A model generated the notes under the pieces. It was not told the DNA's origin, ran no database searches, and worked only from the letters and a program-made list of their open reading frames with translations. The position numbers and the translations under genes are program-made. Of a stretch of 42,645 nt of DNA, positions 36,634 to 42,645 are shown piece by piece. Source of the stretch: Polyangiales bacterium (GTDB lineage Bacteria; Myxococcota_A; Polyangia; Polyangiales; Houyiibacteriaceae); assembly GCA_045106895.1 (NCBI GenBank), contig JBGCFM010000058.1, positions 1-42,645 of the forward strand, read 5' to 3'. Position 1 is the stretch's first letter. The number at the start of each line of letters is the position of its first letter.

Positions 36634-37293
36634 CTAGTCGATGTCGCTAGGCCGGCGAAGGTGCTTGCGCCAGTTGTCATAGCCAATGGTGGCAGCCAAG
36701 TAGACGAGCACGGGTTGCCGCAGCCACACGCCTAATGCCCCCATGCCGACGAGGAGCGTCATGCTCGTCCAAACTGCAACTTGAAGTCCGCGTGGTTTTC
36801 CCCAGAAGTGAGTGACGACCATCTGTAAAACCAGCCCGCCGTCGAAGGGGATGGCCGGTAGGAAGTTGATGGCGGTGAGGATGAGGTTGCAGCCACCGAA
36901 GACCGAAAGCGCGAGAACGAGTGTGGGGTGCCAGTTTTGAACGTCGCCCGCGAGGACGGCGAAGCTCACGGCGGCGCAAAGTGCGTTGGTACTGGGACCC
37001 GCGAGAGTGCGTAGAAGGCCTTCAACAAAGCCAGGGTCGGCGCCTGTGTAGTCGATGCGCCCGGCGCGCGTGAGCACCATCCGTTCGATGCTCTTTCCGT
37101 AAGCGACGGCGACGAGCCAATGACACACGAGATGGAGCCCTGTGCCGACGGCGAAGCTCGCAACAACGAGGCCGCCTTCCATCCAAGAGCTCGCGTAGAG
37201 CCCCGTCGCGAGCATGATGAGGATGCCCTCGAGGTTCGTCCGAACGCTATTGCCGAAGAGCTTGATGAACTGAAACGATTGCTCCCCGTACAT
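36634..37293 (-). CDS. Site-2 protease (M50) family homolog with degenerate HExxH
   Basis: HLVCH at the HExxH position, LAGPSTN, NFLPAIPFDGG; multi-TM. Confidence 0.82.
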   Translation of the reverse strand: MYGEQSFQFIKLFGNSVRTNLEGILIMLATGLYASSWMEGGLVVASFAVGTGLHLVCHWLVAVAYGKSIERMVLTRAGRIDYTGADPGFVEGLLRTLAGPSTNALCAAVSFAVLAGDVQNWHPTLVLALSVFGGCNLILTAINFLPAIPFDGGLVLQMVVTHFWGKPRGLQVAVWTSMTLLVGMGALGVWLRQPVLVYLAATIGYDNWRKHLRRPSDID

Positions 37294-37302
37294 GGCGTGA
37301 GA

Positions 37303-37602
37303 CTATTCGGGGATGGCGCGTAACGACACGTTGACCGTCGTTTCACCGGGTGGGAGCTCGAGCTCGATATCATGCGGGAAATAGCCAGGCGCGCTGACGC
37401 TCACATGGTGAGTACCTGGAGCGAGGTCTTTCGGGCGTACGCTCAGGAGGCGGCCTGACCCGGCGAAGCGCTCATCCACGTCGACGCGCGCCGTATCGGG
37501 CTCCGCGATCACACGCAGCTGCGCTCGGGTGGGGGCGGTGCTTACCCCACCACAGGCGGCGAAGTGGCTGAGCACGAAGACACCGAAGAGAGCGAGACGC
37601 AT
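37303..37602 (-). CDS. Small PEGA-domain lipoprotein
   Basis: FAAC lipobox; EPDTARVDVDERFAG...LAPGTHHVSVSAPGYFP. Confidence 0.82.
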   Translation of the reverse strand: MRLALFGVFVLSHFAACGGVSTAPTRAQLRVIAEPDTARVDVDERFAGSGRLLSVRPKDLAPGTHHVSVSAPGYFPHDIELELPPGETTVNVSLRAIPE

Positions 37603-37723
37603 GAGAGTTCATAGCATCGTTCTCACCCAGGAAAAGTGCCGCCGCGCCCAAAGCACCGCTTCGCGCCAGCGCGTGTGCGTTTCGTCGTCCTCGCGTGCCC
37701 TTCGCCAATGCAAAGCTGGCGGC

Positions 37724-38305
37724 ATGAAGAATCTGCGCTTCGCCCTCCTCGCCTTCGGGCTCCTCGCATGCGCCGACGACGACGCGCGCGGACTCCCAGA
37801 TGGTTCCGTCGCAGACAGCGGGAGCGTAGACAGCGGCGGCTCGGACAGCGGGAGCATAGACAGCGGCGGCTTAGACAGCGGCGGCTCGGACAGCGGCGGC
37901 TCGGATAGCGGGGTCATGGAATGTGCGAGCTCGACGCTCCGTCTCACGTCGCCTCTCCCGCAGATGACCACCGGTTCCGGCGATGACTACGATCCTGTCG
38001 GCGGCTGCGTCGCCGGTCTCGCGACGGGGCCAGACCGCATCTACGCTTTGGTCCCAGTCGAAGGCGCCGGCACCTACCGAGTGACGGTGACGCCGGTGAC
38101 GGACGACTGGAATCCGATGATCTATGTCGTCACCGACTGCAGCGGCGAGATGTGTCTGGACGGAACGAATCTAAACGGTTCTGGTGTCGCGGATTCCCTC
38201 GACATCGACATCGAAGACGGTGAAGTGCTCTATGTCGTAGTCGACACGGCGCTCTCTGGAAACTTCGAGGGTGGCCCCTTTACTCTGAGTACGGAGAAGC
38301 TCTAA
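37724..38305 (+). CDS. Lipoprotein with DSG-repeat linker and PPC-like beta-sandwich domain
   Basis: LLAC lipobox; 7 DSGxx repeats; GPDRIY, YVVTDC..C, YVVVD..GPFTL. Confidence 0.8.
   Translation: MKNLRFALLAFGLLACADDDARGLPDGSVADSGSVDSGGSDSGSIDSGGLDSGGSDSGGSDSGVMECASSTLRLTSPLPQMTTGSGDDYDPVGGCVAGLATGPDRIYALVPVEGAGTYRVTVTPVTDDWNPMIYVVTDCSGEMCLDGTNLNGSGVADSLDIDIEDGEVLYVVVDTALSGNFEGGPFTLSTEKL
37814..37918 (+). repeat. 15-bp coding tandem repeat x7 (DSG[G/S/V]x)
   Basis: GA[C/T]AGCGG-N7 units, e.g. GACAGCGGCGGCTCG. Confidence 0.9.
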
Positions 38306-38715
38306 CGCGACCAGGAGAGCTCGGTCCCGACGGCCGCACTCAAGGGTTCGGCGGTGACGCGCATCTCGACGATGGCGGACCCGTCCGACAAAGCTCGAAC
38401 TCGGCCACGGCGAGCGGAAGAGTCGACGAGGGTGTGAACCCGGCTCGCCTCGGCGGGCTCAACGAGGGAGCGGGCAAGGGCATCGTCGACAAACGCATGA
38501 AGTGCAGCGCGCCCACGCTCCTCGCCGACGTCACGAGCGCTTCGGCGTTGTGCCTCGAAGCTGCGAACGCGGGGCGCCGGCCATCCGAGACGTGTCGCAA
38601 CGATGTCGTCACCGTCCACGCGCGTTGGCGCGTCGTTCCAAGGGAGCTGCGCCATCAAAGGTGCGCTGACAAAGGCAACGCACGCCAAGACGCCGATGAA
38701 CGCGCCGCGCTTCAT
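38302..38715 (-). CDS. Exported hypothetical protein (weakly LPP20-like) coupled to guaA
   Basis: ATGA overlap with guaA stop; signal peptide [23 protein letters not shown]. Confidence 0.65.
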   Translation of the reverse strand: MKRGAFIGVLACVAFVSAPLMAQLPWNDAPTRVDGDDIVATRLGWPAPRVRSFEAQRRSARDVGEERGRAALHAFVDDALARSLVEPAEASRVHTLVDSSARRGRVRALSDGSAIVEMRVTAEPLSAAVGTELSWSR

Positions 38716-40253
38716 TCCCATTCGATGGTCGCCGGAGGCTTCGACGAGATGTCGTAGACTACGCGGTTGCAGCCACGAACTTCGTTGATAATTCGCGTCG
38801 AGATCTTCGCCAGCAGCTCGTACGGGAGCCTCGCCCAGTCCGCGGTCATCGCGTCCTGGGACTCGACGGCACGAATCGCGATGACCCACTCGTAGGTGCG
38901 TTCGTCGCCCATGACGCCCACGGTCTTGACGGGCACGAGCACGCAGAACGACTGCCAGAGCTTGTCGTAGTAGTCCGCGGCGCGGATCTCTTCGTCGAGG
39001 ATGGCGTCGGCCTCTCGCAACACCTCGAGCTTGTCCCGGGTGATGGCGCCGGGGCATCGAATTGCAAGACCAGGCCCCGGGAATGGCTGACGGCCGAGGA
39101 TATCCGCGGGCATGCCCATCGCAGCGCCGACTTCGCGGACCTCGTCCTTGAAGAGCAGGCGGAGCGGCTCCACGAGCGAGAGGTCCATATGCTCGGGCAA
39201 GCCGCCCACGTTGTGGTGGCTCTTGATGACGGCGCTTGGACCCTTGTGGGAGACACTCTCGATGACATCTGGATAGAGCGTGCCTTGCACGAGGTGTTTG
39301 ACGTTGGGCAACGTGCTCGCTTCGCGGTCAAAGACATCGATGAAGATCTTGCCGATGATCTTTCGTTTCTTCTCCGGGTCGCTGACGCCATCGAGGGCGC
39401 TGAGGAACTCTTCGGACGCGTCCACGTGGCGAATGTCCAGCTCAAGGCGACCCCCAAACATGTTCATGACGCGCTTGGCTTCGTCCTTGCGAAGGAGCCC
39501 GTTGTCGACGAAGACGCAGGTGAGACGATCCCCGATGGCCATCGAGACGAGCACCGCCGCGACGGAGCTGTCGACGCCACCGCTCAGGCCACACACCACG
39601 CGTTCGTCGTCGCCCACCTGGCGGCGAATCTCTTCGACGGCGACCTCCACGAAGTGCTTCGGCGTCCAGTCCGCTTTTGCGTCGGCGACGTCGAAAAGAA
39701 ACGCGCGAAGCATCTCTTCGCCGCGTTTCGTGTGCTGAACTTCGGGATGAAACTGCACGCCGTAGAGCTGCCGCGCGGGATCGGCGACGGCGGCGTAGGG
39801 GCTGTTGTCCGTATGAGCGATGACCTCGAAGCCGTCGGGCAGAGACGCAACGCGGTCTCCGTGGCTCATCCATACGCCGGCTTCGCTGCCAGTGTCGAAG
39901 GCGGCGAAGATGCCTTCGCCCTTATCGATGTGCATGCTCGCGGGACCAAACTCGCGCTCGCCGGCGGCTTCGACGACGCCACCCAGGAGGTGACTCATGA
40001 GCTGCATGCCGTAGCAAATACCAAGGACCGGCACGCCCTGAGCAAAAACGTCAGGCGTGATGGTGGGCGCGCCATCGGCGAACACGCTCGCGGGTCCGCC
40101 ACTCAGAATGATGGCGCATGGTTTGAGGGCTTTGAGCGCGCCAAAGTCCGCGGTGCACGGGTGAATCTCGCAGAAGACGTTCTGCTCGCGGATCCGCCGC
40201 GCGATGAGCTGCGTGTACTGGGAACCGAAGTCGATGATCAGGACGGGTCGCAT
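38712..40253 (-). CDS. guaA: GMP synthase (glutamine-hydrolysing)
   Basis: [49 protein letters not shown]. Confidence 0.98.
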   Translation of the reverse strand: MRPVLIIDFGSQYTQLIARRIREQNVFCEIHPCTADFGALKALKPCAIILSGGPASVFADGAPTITPDVFAQGVPVLGICYGMQLMSHLLGGVVEAAGEREFGPASMHIDKGEGIFAAFDTGSEAGVWMSHGDRVASLPDGFEVIAHTDNSPYAAVADPARQLYGVQFHPEVQHTKRGEEMLRAFLFDVADAKADWTPKHFVEVAVEEIRRQVGDDERVVCGLSGGVDSSVAAVLVSMAIGDRLTCVFVDNGLLRKDEAKRVMNMFGGRLELDIRHVDASEEFLSALDGVSDPEKKRKIIGKIFIDVFDREASTLPNVKHLVQGTLYPDVIESVSHKGPSAVIKSHHNVGGLPEHMDLSLVEPLRLLFKDEVREVGAAMGMPADILGRQPFPGPGLAIRCPGAITRDKLEVLREADAILDEEIRAADYYDKLWQSFCVLVPVKTVGVMGDERTYEWVIAIRAVESQDAMTADWARLPYELLAKISTRIINEVRGCNRVVYDISSKPPATIEWE

Positions 40254-40280
40254 GCCCCGGCCATAGCACACCCTCCCCGG

Positions 40281-41735
40281 CTATACGCGGTAGTTTGGTG
40301 CCTCTTCGGTGACGACTACGTCGTGCACATGAGACTCGCGCAGGCCCTGACTGCTTTGCTTGAGAAACTGCGTCTTCGTCTGCAGGTCGTCCATGGTGCG
40401 CGAGCCGGTGTAGCCCATGCCAGCGCGGAGGCCACCGACGAGCTGGTAGACGATGGCGCCGAGGGGCCCCCGATAAGGGACCCTGCCCTCAATGCCTTCG
40501 GGGACGAGCTTCTGAGCGTCGTGAACATCGCCTTGGCCGTAGCGGTCCTTGCTGCCGAGACGCATGGCGCCGATGCTGCCCATCCCGCGGTAGCTCTTGA
40601 ACGAGCGACCTTGGTAGAGGACCAGGTCGCCAGGAGATTCATCTGTGCCAGCGAAGAGGGAGCCGATCATAACCGTGCTGGCGCCACACGCGATGGCCTT
40701 GACGACGTCGCCGGAGTATTTGATGCCGCCGTCCGCGATGACGGGTACGCCGTGCTTCCGTGCGACGGCGGCGCAGTCACTGATAGCCGTCACCTGCGGG
40801 ACGCCGATGCCCGTCACGATGCGCGTCGTGCAGATGCTGCCCGGTCCGATGCCGACCTTGATGGCGTCGGCGCCCGCCTCGATGAGCGCTGTCGCGGCGG
40901 CGGCGGTGGCGATGTTGCCAGCGACGAGTTCCACGCTGGGGAACTCGCGTTTGGTCTGACGAACCGCGTCGATGACGCCCTTGCTGTGTCCGTGCGCCGT
41001 GTCGATGACGATGACATCCACGCCCGCACCTGCGAGGGCCGCGACTCGTTCTTCGCGGTCTGCGCCGACACCGATGGCGGCGCCAACACGAAGGCGCCCG
41101 AGGTCGTCCTTGACGGCCAAAGGAAAGCGCTCCGCCTGGAGTAGGTCCCGGATCGTGATGAGCCCGATGAGCTTGCCGTCTTCAACGACGAGGAGTTTTT
41201 CGATTCGGTGCTCGTGGAGCAGCCTCTGGGCCTGCTCAACGCTGACGCCGGGCGACGCCGTGACAAGCTTCTTCGTCATGAGCTGGGACACTGGCTGCGC
41301 CAAGTTCTGCTCGAATCGCACGTCTCGGCTTGTGAGGATGCCGACGATGCGCGTGCCTTCCACGACGGGAAGCCCGGAGATCTCGTGACGCCTCATGATC
41401 GTCAGAGCGTCCGCCAGCGGCAGCTCCGGCGTCACGGTGATGGGGTCGACGATCATACCGCTCTCGGCGCGCTTTACCCGCGTCACTTCGAGGGCTTGGT
41501 CCTCCGGCGACAGGTTCTTGTGGATGATCCCGAGGCCGCCCGCCCGCGCCATGGTCACCGCCGTGCGCCACTCCGTGACCGTGTCCATGGCCGCCGAGAG
41601 GATCGGAATGTTCAGCTCGATGCCACGCGTAATACGGGTCTTGACGTCCGCGTCCTTGGGCAAGAAGTCAGCGTAGTCAGGGACGAGCAGAAGGTCGTCG
41701 AAGGTGAGCGCGTCGCGCAGGCGGTTGTCGATCAC
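40281..41735 (-). CDS. guaB: IMP dehydrogenase (with CBS domains)
   Basis: [60 protein letters not shown] and GTG start at 41735. Confidence 0.98.
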   Translation of the reverse strand: MIDNRLRDALTFDDLLLVPDYADFLPKDADVKTRITRGIELNIPILSAAMDTVTEWRTAVTMARAGGLGIIHKNLSPEDQALEVTRVKRAESGMIVDPITVTPELPLADALTIMRRHEISGLPVVEGTRIVGILTSRDVRFEQNLAQPVSQLMTKKLVTASPGVSVEQAQRLLHEHRIEKLLVVEDGKLIGLITIRDLLQAERFPLAVKDDLGRLRVGAAIGVGADREERVAALAGAGVDVIVIDTAHGHSKGVIDAVRQTKREFPSVELVAGNIATAAAATALIEAGADAIKVGIGPGSICTTRIVTGIGVPQVTAISDCAAVARKHGVPVIADGGIKYSGDVVKAIACGASTVMIGSLFAGTDESPGDLVLYQGRSFKSYRGMGSIGAMRLGSKDRYGQGDVHDAQKLVPEGIEGRVPYRGPLGAIVYQLVGGLRAGMGYTGSRTMDDLQTKTQFLKQSSQGLRESHVHDVVVTEEAPNYRV

Positions 41736-41793
41736 GGGGTTCTCCGAGTAGCGGTAGTTTCGCTGGCGAGGGCGCACCCCCATGTGAGCGGCG

Positions 41794-41821
41794 AGCATAC
41801 CGAGTGGTCGCTCGGAGGCAA
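41794..41821 (-). promoter_or_regulatory. Putative sigma70 promoter of guaB
   Basis: TTGCCT-N16-TATGCT followed by GC-rich CGCCGC; the spacer is the inverted repeat CCGAG-N6-CTCGG. Confidence 0.55.
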
Positions 41822-41847
41822 GCCGGAGCCCTCCGTCTTCCGTGACG

Positions 41848-42315
41848 TCAAGCTCCCCGTCGGTATCGGCCCTCCCGGAAGCGAAGCAGCAGCTCTCTCA
41901 CCGAGTCGCTGTGCGCAGTCACCTCGCCAAGGGTTCCGGTCACGAGAAAACTGCTGAAGCCCTCAAGGCGACTGGCGAGCTCGTCCGCTCGGTGAACATC
42001 GCTTGTGAAACCCATCGCCCAATGTTCGAAAGAGCGGGTCGTGACCTCCCGACGTCGGAGGAGCGCAACGTTGTCGTGTCGCTTGTCCCGACCGATGCGC
42101 TCAAAGATCTCCAGCACCGCCTCACGAGGTCCCTCGAGGACCTGAAAGAATGAACGCTCCGTGTAGTAGAGCGCCCCGGTCACGTTCGCGGCGGTGTTTC
42201 GCTCTCTCGCGACGTTCAAGAGCTCACGCAACATGTCGTCGCTAAAGGGGACCGTGGCACGGCTCGCGTACACCATCTCCAGAAAAAGCGGAACGCCATG
42301 AACGTCACTTGTCAC
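41848..42315 (-). CDS. Stand-alone BLUF blue-light photoreceptor protein
   Basis: [42 protein letters not shown] (conserved Tyr, Asn, Gln, Trp, Met); short C-terminal helices only. Confidence 0.92.
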   Translation of the reverse strand: MTSDVHGVPLFLEMVYASRATVPFSDDMLRELLNVARERNTAANVTGALYYTERSFFQVLEGPREAVLEIFERIGRDKRHDNVALLRRREVTTRSFEHWAMGFTSDVHRADELASRLEGFSSFLVTGTLGEVTAHSDSVRELLLRFREGRYRRGA

Positions 42316-42362
42316 AGGGGTTGAAACGGCGAGCCACCGGAGAACTTGAGTGTTGGCAAGAA

Positions 42363-42645
42363 GCGCCTAGTTCACGGGGCGTGATGATTGGAATGTGAGC
42401 TTCGGTTCACTTCAACGAAGGACGTGCAGCGTACATTCAAGGCGAAGTGGACGAAAATCGCGGCTACGGCCCGCGCTCAAGCGGTCAGACTTTTGAGATG
42501 GAGTACTAGCAGGTTGGTGAAAAAGGCCGCCTGGCGATTTTTGGACTGAGTGCGTGCGCACGTGCGTCCGATTCACGTCCGCCTATGGACATAGGTGGCA
42601 CGAATCGGAGGGTGCGTGATTGCGTGCTCATGCCGCAAAGCGGCA
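42363..42645 (+). ncRNA. Candidate structured non-coding RNA (unassigned), possibly continuing beyond the window
   Basis: No ORF listed; cUUCGg and cUACGg tetraloop hairpins; 84-nt long stem 42547-42630 with G-U pairs; terminal hairpin 42631-42645. Confidence 0.4.

Noticed and set aside
42317..42340. GGGGTTGAAACGG resembling a tmRNA 5' end
   Set aside because: Lacks the following TCGAC motif, and no tag reading frame or tRNA-like 3' end is visible
42625..42645. CGCAAAGC resembling a c-di-GMP-I riboswitch element
   Set aside because: The upstream GGCAAA/GNRA P2 stem is missing; explained as a simple hairpin

Overview
GC-rich bacterial chromosomal segment. Its gene content (Ser/Thr kinase with PEGA domain, many Cys-rich lipoproteins with DAG/DSG linkers, FG-GAP lipoprotein) suggests Myxococcota, probably Polyangia/Sandaracinaceae-like; this is inference. 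About 36 densely packed CDSs. Left: COG1058(cinA-like)-miaB-vanZ-gamma-CA operon divergent from a sirtuin (cobB), then acs. Middle: a ~19 kb minus-strand run: lipidated TamA-like, TamB, TPR-like protein, FG-GAP lipoprotein, Ser/Thr kinase, ECF sigma, zinc-finger anti-sigma fused to a degenerate vWA domain, 1056-aa repeat membrane protein, CE2 esterase; it is divergent from an exported HEAT-repeat protein. Right: lipoproteins, a methyltransferase, DUF2752 plus a Q/P-rich membrane protein, a TetR/PNPOx-like pair with twin operators, a site-2-protease homolog lacking its catalytic Glu, guaB-guaA and a stand-alone BLUF protein. The window ends in a 330-bp ORF-free, hairpin-rich segment. No tRNA, rRNA, CRISPR or mobile element was recognised. 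Best candidates for novelty: the ECF/anti-sigma-vWA/large membrane protein cassette, the terminal structured RNA candidate, and an apparently widespread leaderless promoter architecture. All calls are from motif reading only; no database searches were run.
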